DNA of 64,000 bases from Felis catus (lineage: Eukaryota), in NCBI RefSeq assembly GCF_018350175.1, contig NC_058368.1, positions 188,234,001-188,298,000 on the forward strand, in the 5' to 3' direction. This document shows positions 1 through 12,221 of the stretch, piece after piece. Position numbers and translations under genes: made by a program. The notes beneath the pieces were generated by a model. That model saw only the letters and a program-made list of their open reading frames with translations. It did not search any database and was not told the DNA's origin. How positions within the stretch are numbered: the stretch's first letter is position 1; every line of letters begins with the position of its first letter.

Positions 1-1000
1 AATAGAAAAGGCTAGGGAAAGACTCTTGCATAGTTTTTGCTACTGATTGCTCACTGATTGCTCTATTGTTTTCAACGATGCCCTTGGCATAAACTGCCCA
101 GCAGACTAATCCAATCCGATTTGGGCTTCTTTGAAGGAGCAACTCCTAAAGTCAGTGTTGGATTGGTGTTCTCACTCTGGGAGGGCTCCTCCCAGCTATC
201 TCCCTTCCTAACTCTCCCACAAGTTAGTCTTTTCACCACTACTCCACTGCTTCTGAGAGGACCCTGAGGCTTGAACACCACACTGCATTGCAAACAAAGT
301 TGATTCCTTTGGGAAAAGATTATTAGGTGCTGTTTTATGGGCTGTTTCTACCCTAGGCAGAATTTTGGAACTAGCACTCTGGAGCTGGGAATGGAGACAA
401 TGTCATGCTTCCTTTGGAATAAAGATCCCACTTTATGATCTGAACACTCAGTGGAGGAGGTGCAGTCATCTGAGGTCTTCTCTGCTTGCTTCTCTCGACA
501 TGACACCCCAATTTATGATCCAGAGCAAGGGTGACCAAGGCCCCAGGATTCTCAGCACACCAATGTCCAAACTGCAGACTTATTCCATGGATAGGGGATG
601 AGCAGAAGGAGGACTCCCCCTCTAGACCACACTCAGCTGGGACTTAGCAGATCACCGGGGACAGGATGAGAAATGTAGATTTCCTCCTCCTCAGGGGAAG
701 AAAGCCCTCCATGTGGAAGCTGGGAGTAGGAGTCCTGTGTTCTTGGCTACACACCTCAGGAGTGAAGGCCCTCTGAATTTGGAATGGGGATAGAGGGAGT
801 GGTTTTGTTACAAATACCACAGATTCTCACTTTTCATACAAAATTTTCATAGAGTTTTTTTAACAGATGTTTCTTCCTTTGCTGTATACTCTTAGGACCC
901 CTTCCAGAGGCTTTACACAGCCATTTCTAATAATTTTCACCAGTTCCACTGGGGAGCGTGTTCACAAAACTCCTCACACTATCATTCCAGAAATTGACCT
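1..1000 (-). mobile_element. Old L1 (L1M-type) 5' UTR region
   Basis: 800-1000 resembles the reverse complement of old L1M 5' ends (cagattctcact...tttcttcctttgctgtatactcttagg...ctcctcacactatcattccagaaa); recalled consensus, boundaries approximate. Confidence 0.55.
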
Positions 1001-1194
1001 CATTGCCTTTTAGATATTTGTATTTGAGGGGTTTATATGAGAGACACATGGTACATCTGATCATTAGAGAAAGCTTAGGCTGGTTTTCAAAAAAGGACTG
1101 ATTGTATTCTGTTTTAAATCTAATGTTTCTCAGTAAGAACTAGGAGTCTGAATTTTTTTTTTTTTTTGCATGGTTAGTGAGATATTTGGTCTAC

Positions 1195-1770
1195 TCAGTT
1201 TATTCATTCATTTAGCAAATTCTTGTCTAATGTCCAGCAATCCCCAACACTGCTCTAAGTGCTTATGATACTGAGTTTAAAAAAAAAAAAAAGGAAATTC
1301 TTTTCCTCACTAGTGCTTGAAATCTAGTGGGTGCAGACAGGCAATAAATAAGTAAAGAGACACATAAACAAGGTAAGAGATTATGGTAAGTTCTATGAAG
1401 ACAGTAGGATCACCTGATAAATGTAAGGCTCTCTAAGGTAGTGAATAGGACCTAAGACTGGAAAGATGAGAAGGAGCCAGTCATGCAAAGCCAATAAGAA
1501 GTAGTCCAGGTAGAGGAACCAACGAATGCAAAGGACCTGAGTCAGGCACACGTGTGGCATGTTCAAGGAACAGAAACAAGACCAATGTGGCTGGAAGAAT
1601 ACAGGGGAGAATGGAATGAGAAATGAGAAGAGTCCAGAGGAGAAGACAGCAGCCAGATCAGGTAGACATGTAGGCCATGGTACTGAGTTTGAGTTTTGTT
1701 CTTGGTGAAGTGGGAAACCAAGAGGTTTTAGGCAGAGGAATGGGTACAGTGATGTGAGGGATGGTGTGGG
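1195..1770 (-). mobile_element. LINE L2 3' portion
   Basis: Starts ttcattcatttagcaaat (L2 3' end reversed), followed by typical L2 body motifs (aaggagccagtcatgcaaag, gaacagaaacaagaccaatgtggctggaa). Confidence 0.75.
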
Positions 1771-2464
1771 AAGCAGGCTCCACATGTTTAAAATAAAAAT
1801 TTCCAACAGCGACCTGTACCTTCAGCCAATATTTCACACAAGTTTTTACTGGTTTGTGACTCTCTTTCCTAAACATCCTTCTCTCTAACAGAAGTTGATC
1901 TAACTATTTCACCATTCCGCCATTAGGACAAGTGGCACATTTGTCTTCTCCCTGCTAAACCTCCCACATTACTTCTGCCATAGGCTCCTCTCTACTCTCA
2001 GGAAAAGAATGGCAGGTATGCCTCCATTTGTGTGGAAGCCTTCTTGAATTTGTCCTGTGTAATTCAGTTTTCTTTCCCCACTACTTTTTGCACCATAGAT
2101 ACTCCTGCCTGTGAAGCAATTTCAAAATCTATGATTACACAATGCCTCCCTGCCCCTCTTCTGATAAAGAGATACTTTATCTTAATTTCCCAATGATCAC
2201 TGGAGGCTAGAAGTTCCCCAACACTCTGGCTGAGTTTCCCTGACTCTGCCAAGACCCTAAGTCAAGTAGTAAATTCTGTGAAAACAAACACTTTAAGTGC
2301 TCTCGATAGAGCATTGGATTTAAACCACACTGCATTCCTTCTGCAAGGAAACACATCTTCTTTATAGCTTCGGATTTTACTTTATGTGGTTTTCTTAAAG
2401 AAAGGCATGCCCTGGGCAGCATATTCTCCCTACTCAATCCCATGATGATGGTTCACAGCAATGG

Positions 2465-2680
2465 AGGCTACAGCGTGTGGTTGAGAGTATAGGCTTGGAT
2501 TCTTGGGTCTAAGCCCTGGCTTAATGACTTCTCAGTAGGTCTTCTGACAAGTGGCTTCTTTAAAATGCCCATGCTTCATCTGTAAAATGGGGATAAAATA
2601 GCACTGGCCTCACAGGGTTATTGAGAGCATTAAGTGATATGATGTCTGGTCCATAGTAAGCACTCAATAAATGCTGGAAT
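2465..2680 (+). mobile_element. MIR SINE
   Basis: MIR core cttcatctgtaaaatggggataa...catagtaagcactcaataaatg. Confidence 0.75.
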
Positions 2681-2742
2681 TGTCCTCATGAAAGAAAAAG
2701 TGACTAGATCAATTTATTGACATAAAAAAACACTGGATGGGG

Positions 2743-2786
2743 GGAGAGAGAAAAAGAAAGAGAGAAAGAGAGAGAGAGAGAGAGAA
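2743..2786. repeat. (GA)n / purine-rich microsatellite
   Basis: Directly visible. Confidence 0.85.
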
Positions 2787-3477
2787 AGCATAATCACCAC
2801 ACTCCACCTTGATTGATCTCATGGCTCTTTCGGTAACTAGGGCACAGAGTTTGAAGGCAGATGCTGAGGCTGATGAGAACTAAGGATTAGAGAGGCTTCC
2901 AGAAGCTTTGAAGTGCAATCTCACCTCAATCCCCTGCAACCATCTAAGCTGAAAAATGTAGCTCATCCACTCTATCTAGAAACTGTCACCCTGGTTGGAC
3001 TTAACCACCCAGAGGGGTGGGGTGCATGGGTGGGTTAGCTGTCCAGATATAGGCTGATATTTATTTATTCCTTCCAAAGAATATCCTTGATTCTCAAGTT
3101 TGATAGTGAAATTTGGAAATTATAATAAAGAAACAGCACAGGGAGGTAGAAAAAGCAGTAGATTCGTGATCAGGAGGCCTGAATCTTAGTCCTGCTTCGG
3201 ATATTAGCAGGCTGGAAGATTCTGGAAAACTCCTCTCTCCCTGTTTGTTGTTTTTCTCATCTAACTAATAAGTAGGTGAGATAGATGATCTTGAAAGACC
3301 CTATGGTAAAAACATAGGTGTCCTTATTTTCCCCAGTTTCCTGGCAGGGGGAGTGGAGGAGGGGATCGGGCCCCCTACAACAGGAAGTGACCAGGAAAAA
3401 GCTATGCAACGTGTCGGAATTAGCACCTCACCACTTGTGTTCACTGCAGAAATAAGCTGACTAAAATCGTAACATAA

Positions 3478-4140
3478 TCTAGAATGGCTAAAATGAAAAA
3501 GGAACCAATACCAAGTGCTGGGAAGGATATGGAAAGATTGACAGTCTTGTATACTGTCGGTGGGAGTGTAATTCATACAACCAGTCTGGAAAACTGGCAT
3601 ATCAGCTAAAGCTAAACCACACACTTTCTTTATGACCCAAGAGTTCCATACCTCGGATTGTCCCCAACAAAAATGCCCAGTTTTATGCACCAAAAGACAC
3701 GTACAGGAATGCTCACTGCAGCACTAGAAACTGGAAACCGCCTGAATGCCTGCCTGGAGTGGAGCGGGTACAGCAATCCTGGCGTATTCATAGTCATAGA
3801 ATGCAATGAACTAGAGTGACATGTGACACCATGGATGACTCTCACAAGCACGTTGAGCAAGAGAAGTCACACACAAAATACCTTGTGATTGATTCCATTT
3901 ATACAAAATTTAAAGACAGTGTAAACAAATCTGCTCAAAGTCAGGAAAGTTGTTACCCTCTGGTGGGGATTAGTGTGATTGGAAGGGGTTGTGTGAAGTC
4001 TTCTTCAATGTTAGTAATGTTCTATTGTTGTGGGTGCTGGTCACACAGGGGATTTGGCCTTGTGAAGATTAATTGAACTGCCTATTTTTGATTTGGATAT
4101 ATGTCATACCTCAGGAAGTTTGCCAAAAAAAATAAAAAAA
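3478..4140 (+). mobile_element. Old L1 (L1ME-like) 3' end
   Basis: agaatggctaaaatgaaaaag...ggtgggagtgtaattcatacaacc...tgattccatttatacaaaattt, ending in an A-rich tail near 4125-4147. Confidence 0.75.
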
Positions 4141-5135
4141 TAAAAAGATCACAAATTCAAACCATTCCTAAGTTTATTTCCCCTCTAAGGAAAGAAAAGA
4201 GTCACATTCTTTCTGCAGGTATATATCTCTGTGCTCAGTCTTGAAGTATAAAAAAAACAAAGCCTCTTGAAGTTTTCCCTCTTGAACTTGAATTTCATTT
4301 GTATTCTGGGTCTCTCTTCTCACCTTGCCCCCCAGTGTATGTCTCATTCTGCTAGCGGTGGAAGCAAGATCAGTCAAGCCTGCATCTCCCTCCTCACTTG
4401 GTCTCCCCTGGCTAGTGTCTGAGCTTCAGGGGACTTGCACAAGCCAGAGCGGAGCTGGGGAGGGCTGATCCTGACCCAGGTGATATCCATGGAGAGGGCC
4501 CTGTTCTCCTCGGTCTCTGGTTACTTGCCTACACAGATGACTGTTCTGTCCTCTTGCTCCCATCATAAGGCCTCTAGACATCACCCTGTGAACTCGAAAC
4601 CAAGACCAACTGTTGCATTCTTTGGAAGCAATGGGAGATGGCACACAGCTGTCCAGGTGTGAGGAAAAGTCTGGGGAGAAAAGATGGTGGTTACAAAAAC
4701 ACTGAGAGAAACCATAAGTCAATATTTTGAAGGTCCAGTCTCCTCACATTTTCATCTGATAAATATGGTGTTGGTAGCCTATGTAATCTATTTCGTGCAT
4801 AGGTTTCCCAAAGGAGGACAAATAAATGGTGGGATGGGGTGGAAGGAGAAGGTAAGATAAAAGGTCAGTGTGTTCGCTCCTTAGGACTGCCATAACGAAT
4901 CACCATAAAGTGGGTGGCCTGAAACGAATTTTATGCTCTCACAACTCTGGAGGTTAGAAGTCTGAAATCAAGGTGTTGGTAATACTGGCTCCTTCTAGAG
5001 GGCTCTGAAGGACAATTGGTTCCATTCCTCTCTCCTAGCTTTTGGTGATTGCTGGCAATCTTTGGCACTCCTTGGCTTGTAGATGCATAGATGCATCATT
5101 ATAATCTGTATCTCCATTGTCTCATGGCATTCCTC

Positions 5136-5137
<2 letters not shown>

Positions 5138-5176
<39 letters not shown>

Positions 5177-5256
5177 CATTGTCACATGGAATTCTTCCCT
5201 CTGTGTGTGTGTATGTGTGTGTGTATGTGTGTATGTGTGTGTGTGTATGTGTGTGT
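5138..5256. repeat. Compound (TG)n microsatellite
   Basis: Pure TG run 5138-5172 and interrupted TG/TATG run 5202-5256. Confidence 0.95.
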
Positions 5257-5369
5257 CTATATGTTTCTCTGTCTCTGTGTCTCAAATTTCTTCTTCTTAT
5301 AAGAACACCAGTCATAGATTAGGGTTTACCTTCATTCAGTATGACATCATCTTGACTTAAATACATCTG

Positions 5370-5794
5370 TCTATTAATTCGCTAAGGCTGCTGTAACAAA
5401 GCATCCCAAACTGGGTGACTTAAACAACAAAATATACTGTCTTACAGTTCTAGAACTAGAAGTCCAGAATCAAGCAGTGGACAAGGTTGGTTCCTTACAA
5501 TGGCCATGAGGGTAACATCTGTGGATCTATCTGTTCTAGGTCTCTTTCCCTGGCTTATAAATGGCTGTCTTCTCCTTGTGTCTTCACATCCTCTTCCTTC
5601 ATGCATGTCTGCTTCTGTGTCCAAATTTCCCCTTTTTGTATAGATACCAGTCATATCAGAGTAGGGCCTACCCCCCAACCTCATTTTAACTTAATTATCT
5701 CTGTAAAAACCCTGTCTTCATTCTGAGGTACTGGGGATTTGCCACTCCCATATATTTGGGGGGCAGGGGTGAGGAAACAATTCCTTTTGTAACA
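5370..5794 (-). mobile_element. MaLR solo LTR, MLT1B-like, nested
   Basis: ggctgctgtaacaaagcatcccaaactgggtgacttaaacaac...; TSD ATCTG at 5365-5369 and 5795-5799. Confidence 0.85.
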
Positions 5795-5989
5795 ATCTGC
5801 AAAACAGTCTAGAACTTATTTCCAAATAAATTCACATTTACAGGTACCAGGAGTTAGGACTTCAACATATGGACACAGTTCAACCTATAACAGTCAGTTT
5901 CCATGAATCCTTGAGAACTGCCAGAATGCGGACTTCATCACCCTCATGTCAGGATATATTCCAGGAAACTGTTAACCAAGTCTGTGTCC

Positions 5990-6210
5990 TGAGCTTCCCT
6001 GGCATGCCCCCTGTACTTCTAACATAGTACTTACTACATCATGTTGAAACCTATGTGAAATCCATTTATATGTCTGTCACCAACCCTCCCCACACTGCCC
6101 AGGACTGTGAACTCCTCCAGGATGGAGACTAAATCTTATTATTCATCTTTGTATCCTGAGCTCAGTGCCTAGCACAGTATAGGTGCTATGTGAGTGTTGG
6201 ACAGAAATGA
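5990..6210 (+). mobile_element. LINE L2 3' end
   Basis: gactgtgaactcctccagg...attcatctttgtatcc...cagtgcctagcacagtataggtgct. Confidence 0.65.
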
Positions 6211-6361
6211 TCTGTTTGCCTATCCCTTACAAAAATTGTCTTGTTTCATGCTTTGCCATCAGTCGTGAGCAAAGAAGCAAGCCAAATATGTTCTTGGGTT
6301 ATTAGGGAAATCATACAAGCATAGGCTGTCAGAATCAGGGGATGGCTTAGAGATTGACTAA

Positions 6362-6530
6362 CCTAGGAATAGTAGATGACCAACACATAGCTCACTGTTC
6401 CCAGATCTTCTCCAGTGGCATATGTCACTAATCAATGTTGGCATTCTTTCCCACTGGATAAGCTTAGAGACAGCTTCAGGACAATTCTCAATATGTAATT
6501 CCAAAAGATGAAGTCAATTTGGTATTTCTT
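6362..6530. mobile_element. hAT-Charlie MITE (MER112/MER102-like)
   Basis: tcactaatcaatgttggcattctttcccactg resembles the recalled MER112 consensus. Confidence 0.4.
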
Positions 6531-6597
6531 GGTAAGTTCAACTCCATTCCTCCCAATAGATGAAAAAATTGAGACCCATAGTAAAAAGATGTATCCA

Positions 6598-6827
6598 GGA
6601 GTGCCTGAGTGGCTCAATCAGTTAAGCATCCAACTCTTGATTTTGGCTCGGGTCATGGTCTCACAGTTTGTGGGACTGAGCCCCATGTCAGCCTCTGTGC
6701 TGATAGTGGCAAGAGTCTGCTTGGGGTTCTCTCTCTCCCTCTCTCTGCCCCCCTCCCACTTGCCTGCTCTCTCTCCCCCACAAAATAAACTTTTTTAAAA
6801 ATAAAAAAGAAATTAAAAAAAAAAAAA
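6598..6827 (+). mobile_element. Can-SINE (SINEC)
   Basis: tRNA-derived head ggagtgcctgagtggctcaatcagttaagc, CT-rich tract, AATAAA and A tail. Confidence 0.95.
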
Positions 6828-7104
6828 GAAATGTGTCCACACTGATGGTGGCAGAGCTAAAGCTGGAACACCATCTTCTAACTTTGAGGGCCATGACTGT
6901 TCTGCCCCGAGCCTCCCACAAGATTTTCCAGAATGTTCCAGTGAAACATGCATCATTGATATACTGCTGCATTAAACAGCACTGATTCACACAGTGAGAA
7001 AAACTATTCCTTTTTTAAACTTTCTGATTATATCAAAGAAGAAGTCCCAGTTTGACTCTGTTATGTCTTTAACACTCTAATTTGTTTAAGAAAGTGTATG
7101 CCCA

Positions 7105-7235
7105 GGGGTGCCTGGGTAGCTCAGTCAGTTAAGCGCCCAACTTTTTCATGATCTCATGGTTCATGGGAGCCTGCTTGGGATTCTCTCTCTCCCTCTCTCT
7201 AAAAATAAATAAATAAACTTATACAAAAATAAAAA
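7105..7235 (+). mobile_element. Can-SINE, internally deleted
   Basis: ggggtgcctgggtagctcagtcagttaagc head; TSD aagaaagtgtatgccca / aagaaagtgtaggtcca. Confidence 0.9.
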
Positions 7236-8639
7236 AAGAAAGTGTAGGTCCAGACCCAGAATCTTCAATAGGCAATAGTAGCTAGTTAGAATTTGTCACC
7301 TGTTGTCCTCCTTCTACTTATAGTTATGATCACTGTCCAATTATGACAAACTTTCCACTTTAAAAAGGCCATTATGACATTTTCCTTTTTAAAAAATATA
7401 TTTAAGTTTTTCAAGAGTCAGTACAAAGAAAAATATTAACTGAATACAATATAGCTAGTGCATAAATGTAGCCAGAAAACAAAAACCATGAAGGAAAGCT
7501 TAGGAAGTACTGTGAGGCACCATGCAAGCATCCTTAATCAGAACTCCTCTATACTCTCCTCTCCAAGACAAATAATGCTTTGCCCCCTTTCTTAATCAGA
7601 AAAATACTTCTTTTTACATTGTCTCCTGTCCCTCTCTTAGGTTTTCCTTGTCCCCAGGCTCTTGCTTGCCAGTGCCCAGCCTCCCCAGTTGCTAGACTCT
7701 GTCATTTTCAGCATAGCTCCCTCCATCTGCCAAAACTCAGTCCCGGCTGCTTCCCTGCAAACCATATGGCCTGGCAGACAAGGCGGGCTCAATGTTGATC
7801 CAAGAGTTGAAAGCAAATCCAACTTAACCTCCATCCTTCCTTCTTAGCAGGAGAGGAAGCAAACTTTGTGGTCCTGTCTTTCCTACCCTTAGCTTGAGGG
7901 AAGCGGGTCCCAGCCAGCCCCCTGGTGTCAGGCCCTGCCCATCCTGGATCCTGCTGTCTTCCCTCTCTAGAGGCACTCTTCTTAGACTTTTCTGGGTCCT
8001 TTCTTAGAAAGGAGCGTTTTGTGCTCCTCAGTGGAGGAACTTCAAGTTAATAAATCTTGCTTGGGTCAACCAGATTCCCTCACTGTGGAAGGCAGTGAAG
8101 TCTCACAAAGGCTGGCCACAGGTGAAACAGGGCCCTCGGGGTTGTCCAGGAAAGCTTTGAGGTCTGCACACACAGTCGCTAGTGGCACCATGCTGGTAAG
8201 CCAGGCAGTTGGTGCTGGAGGTCAACATCACCACATGTCTTCTCCCAGTGGACAAGGTGAAGTAAAACCATATCAGCCCTTTGGAAAAAAGGAAAAGAAG
8301 AAGAAAGAGGAATGAAGGGGCCAAAGAGGAAGATGGAGAGGATCTACCCAAGGCTACTTGTAGAGTTTGCTGAGACCAAACCAAATGAAGGGTATCATAA
8401 AAGGGCATTCCAAACTACAGTGGATGTGTCTGGCCCATTCACAAAGGCTCTATCCATCCGTGATGGTTGGAAAAAGTGTTGACTGAGCCCTGCTGTGCAC
8501 TGGCTGGCTTTTATTCAACAGGCACTACTGAGTGCCTACTATGTGTTAGGTTCTGGAGCTCTAGCAGTACACAAGACAGGCAAGGTCCTTGCCCTCATGG
8601 AGCCAACATGGCCGTGCCAGTGAGTCACAGAGTGACAGA

Positions 8640-8775
8640 ACCAGAGTGCCAGAGTTGTAAACCTGCTGCCCTGCATCTTGGCTGTGTGACCTTGGGTACC
8701 CTTATCTGCAAAATGGGAATAATAAGAGCCCCACTTAAAGGGTTTTGGTAAAGACTGAAAGATATAATTAATGAC
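8640..8775 (+). mobile_element. MIR SINE
   Basis: gctgtgtgaccttggg...atctgcaaaatgggaataataa. Confidence 0.65.
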
Positions 8776-8779
8776 AGGG

Positions 8780-9255
8780 TGAGCTTGTGGTGATACCTCA
8801 CTCTGACTTTCATTTGCATTTCCCTAATGTCTGATGATGTTAAGCATCTTTCTGTGTACTTACTTGCCATTTCAGTGTGTTTTTGGGTAATGTGTCCATT
8901 CAAATCTTTTGCATTTTTATGATATATTTTTTGCCATATTACTAAGCTATAAGAGGTTATCAGATAGTCTAGATGCAAGTCCTTTATCAGACATACATTA
9001 TTTCCCCCAAAGGTGGCTTGTCTTTTCATTTTCTTAATGGCATCTTTCTAAAAGCAAAGGTTCTTAATTTTTATGAAGTCCAATTTATCAACTTTTTCCC
9101 TTTAAAGTGCTTCCAATAACATATCTAAGAAATCTTTGCCTAACTGAGGTTTTATAGTTTTATTGCTTACATTTAGGACTTTGATCCATCTGAAGTTAAT
9201 TTTTGTGCATGGTGTGAGTTAAAGGTCAAGGTTCAATTTTTTGTACATGAATAAT
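8780..9255 (-). mobile_element. L1 ORF2 3' fragment
   Basis: catttgcattttccctaatgtctgatgatgttaagcatctttt; minus-strand ORF 8625-9029 carries L1 ORF2 C-terminal motif IREMQMK. Confidence 0.85.
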
Positions 9256-9459
9256 GAAAGTGTGTATAATTCTTTTTTAAAAATGAAAAAAGAGGCCCCA
9301 GGAGGCCCAGTAAGGAGTCCCAAATCCCACAGATTATAAAATGCTGAGCCACACTCGAACCCAGGTCTCCTGTTTCCAAACAAAGTGCCGTTTGCATGCT
9401 GCCCCCATTATGCAGGTGTCTACACTTCCTTTAAGGTGGCAGTAAAAGCCAGGCTGGGA

Positions 9460-9655
9460 GGAAAGCAACCTCATTTGAAGTCCTGGTTCCATCACGTACC
9501 TCAAGCAAGTTACTTCGGACTTTTAAGCCTCCCCTTTTTTTATTTACAAAATGAGGCCACCAAGAGTGCCTCCATCATCAGACTGCAAGGACTATTTGAA
9601 ATAATGTGTGTAAAGTGCTTAGCATTTAGCAGATGCTTTATACAAGTCAGTGCTG
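9460..9655 (+). mobile_element. MIR SINE
   Basis: caagcaagttactt...tttacaaaatgagg...tgtgtaaagtgcttagca. Confidence 0.55.
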
Positions 9656-9943
9656 GGATGTCTATTACATCCTCAGCCATTGCCCTGACTGGAGCCTGTA
9701 CTCGGCCTCTTCTGGGCTTTGGCACACTCCAAACAGGTACAGCAGGAGATGTGGGGTAAACTGAGCAAAGACACAGATACTTTCTACCACAATAATCCAC
9801 TGGGATGGTACCGTATGAGTTGTTTGATCTGAGCACAGGTCACTATGTTTGCCTAATAGACATTCCACCTCGAAACTGTTTTAGTAACTCCTCTTCACCC
9901 CACCTCCAAAGCCTGAGGCACACAGGATATAGAGATTAAAAGC

Positions 9944-10765
9944 TATAGTACTGGGCCCACTCCAGGATGGCCCCAATCCTTGCCTTCTGGAATTCACGCC
10001 CTGTGTAATCCCACATGCAACCTGCTTCCAACCAATAGAAATGACGGCAAATGTGATGGGGTGTCACGTTACAATTACACTATGAAAGATTGTGGCACCA
10101 GTCTTGCAAAAAAAAAAAAAAAAGAAAACAGACTCTTCTGCAGGCTTTGCTGAAGCAAGTGGCCATGTTCAGAAGGCTCATGCGGTAAAGAATTGAAGGT
10201 GACCTTCTTCAAACAAGCAGACAGAAACTGAGGGTGGTTTTCTGCCTGTCAGCCAGCAAGAAACTGAGGCTTTCAGTCCAATAGGCCACAAGGAACTGAA
10301 TCCTGCCAATAACCATGTGAGCTTGGAAGCAGTCTTTCTCCAGTAGAGCCTTAGGATGAGATTGCAGTCCCAGCCGACACCGTGATTTAAACCTTGTGAG
10401 CCAACCTAGTGCCAGAGGCACCAGCTGAGCAGGGCCTGGACTCCTGACCCACAGAAACTATAATAAATAGTTAATAATAACTATATTAATTATTTATAAT
10501 ATAATATGTATAATATAATATTAATAATAACTATATTAAGTATATATTAGTTAACTAGATTAATATATTAATATAGTTATATCATAACTATATATTAATA
10601 TATATTAACTATATATAACTATAATTAATTAATTATAAATAATTAATATAGTTATATATAGTTAATAATACATGGGTAACAAACAGGTAATAAATGTGTG
10701 CTGATTTGTGTTCTTAAATCACTAAATTTGTGGTAAGTTGTTACACAGCAATAGATAACTGATAT
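9944..10765 (+). mobile_element. MaLR solo LTR, MLT1E-like, with AT-rich insert
   Basis: gaagcaagtggccatgtt...cagcaagaaactgagg...aaggaactgaatcctgccaataaccatgtgagcttggaagc...ttgttacacagcaatagataactgata. Confidence 0.8.
10460..10670. repeat. AT-rich palindromic low-complexity tract
   Basis: Almost purely A/T with perfect inverted arms 10477-10500/10632-10655 and 10603-10623/10647-10667. Confidence 0.9.
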
Positions 10766-10803
10766 GGAAACCAAGATAAAGAAGCAGCAGAAGCTGGAGA
10801 CAA

Positions 10804-11003
10804 GGGGTGCCTGGGTGGCTCAGTCGGTTAAGCGGCCGACTTCGGCTCAGGTCACGATCTCACGGTCCGTGAGTTCGAGCCCCGCGTCAGGCCCTGGAGC
10901 CTGTTTCAGATTCTGTGTCTCCCTCTCTCTGACCCTCCCCCGTTCATGCTCTGTCTCTCTCTGTCTCAAAAATAAGTAAATATAAAAAAAAAAAAAAAAA
11001 AAA
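10804..11003 (+). mobile_element. Can-SINE (SINEC_Fc-like) with small internal deletion
   Basis: CpG-retaining head, long pure A tail, TSD agaagctggagacaa at 10789-10803 and 11004-11018. Confidence 0.97.
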
Positions 11004-12003
11004 AGAAGCTGGAGACAAGAGCAAAGGCAGTGAATGGCCTGGGAACTAATAAGAGCCGAACTTCGTTTACACCCATCTGGGAAGTCTCCCTCTATGCTTT
11101 TGACTATGCTCAGTGACCCAGATGGAAACTCTAGCAGGCTCATGACTTTCTGGATAACTCTAGGAGGACAGAAGTTTCTACCACACCAGCAAATATGGTC
11201 TCATTTTGGTAGTTGTGATGCCTAGTCCTTTGTAACAACCAAAAGTGGAGTATAAATGAGACTTATGGTTTCCCTTTGTCCTTCCCTCAGGTAGGACCAG
11301 CCACAGGCCAGCCTCTCAGCTCCTGAGTGGGGCATGGGTTCAGCTTTTCATCTCTTTCTCTACTTCTCTTTCCTCAGCTTACTGATGACGGCTTCTGTTT
11401 TCTTCACCATTGGCGTACAGAAAGGGATGGGATGGGGTAGATGGAAGAAAGTAAGCAAAGGACTTCCTTGTCTGGCACTGTGGTAAGATGACTCCAGGCT
11501 CTCAGGGCCAGCATGGGTTTCTATAGGTTCTTTAGTTTTTGAGCATGTTTGGGGTTCCTCAGTGTCTGTCCAGTTGGGTTCCTCTGTTCTGCTATTCCCA
11601 TGATGCAAACAAAATTTCTTCATCATGTGAATGCTTCTCACTTCCCTCCTCAGCTTCAGTTCATTTTCTGAAGTGCTACATCATGCTACCTCTCTGTTGG
11701 AGTAACTTGCCCTCTAGAAAAAGCCCTTGGGGCAAGATTCCTTTTAAGAGAGTTTGTGATAACATACTTACTGAGGATTCTACATGTGGTCCCCAGTAGT
11801 CAGGTTCCTTTTACTTACCGACAGAGGAGAGAACAGTTACTCCCCAACATGGCGGCAACTCCATTTCCTTCTGCTTTGCCCCCTACAGTAGAAATTCTTT
11901 ACATTTCTCAAGTGCGTATCAATCATCAGTCTGTCATGCCCACCTCCAGCTCCAAGGGACATATATCAGCATGTGAAGTGGTCTTCTGATAAAGCTCTCT
12001 TTT

Positions 12004-12221
12004 TAAAATTTTTTTTAATGTTTATTCATTTTTGAGAGAGAGGGAGAGCGACAGAGCGTGAGTGGGGGAGGGGCAGAGAGAGGGAGACGCATAAATCGAA
12101 GCAGGATCCAGGCTCTGAGCTGTCAGCGCAGCGCCTCATGTGGTGATCAAACTCACGAACTGTGAGATCATGACCTGAACCAAAGTTAGATACTTAACCG
12201 ACTGAGCCACCCAGGTGCCCC
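12004..12221 (-). mobile_element. Can-SINE
   Basis: Reverse head gactgagccacccaggtgcccc; TSD ctgataaagctctctttt at 11986-12003 and 12221-12238. Confidence 0.97.

Larger units (their letters stand above)
4869..5892 (-). mobile_element. MaLR solo LTR, MLT1C-like (interrupted by a second LTR at 5370-5794)
   Basis: TG...CA termini, 5-bp TSD GTCAG at 4864-4868 and 5893-5897; MLT1 motifs ctcacaactctggaggttagaagtctgaaatcaaggtgttgg. Confidence 0.85.

Noticed and set aside
4995..5360. HT- and VC-repeat ORFs (also 31759-32159)
   Set aside because: Produced by TG/CA microsatellites and low-complexity sequence that lack stop codons
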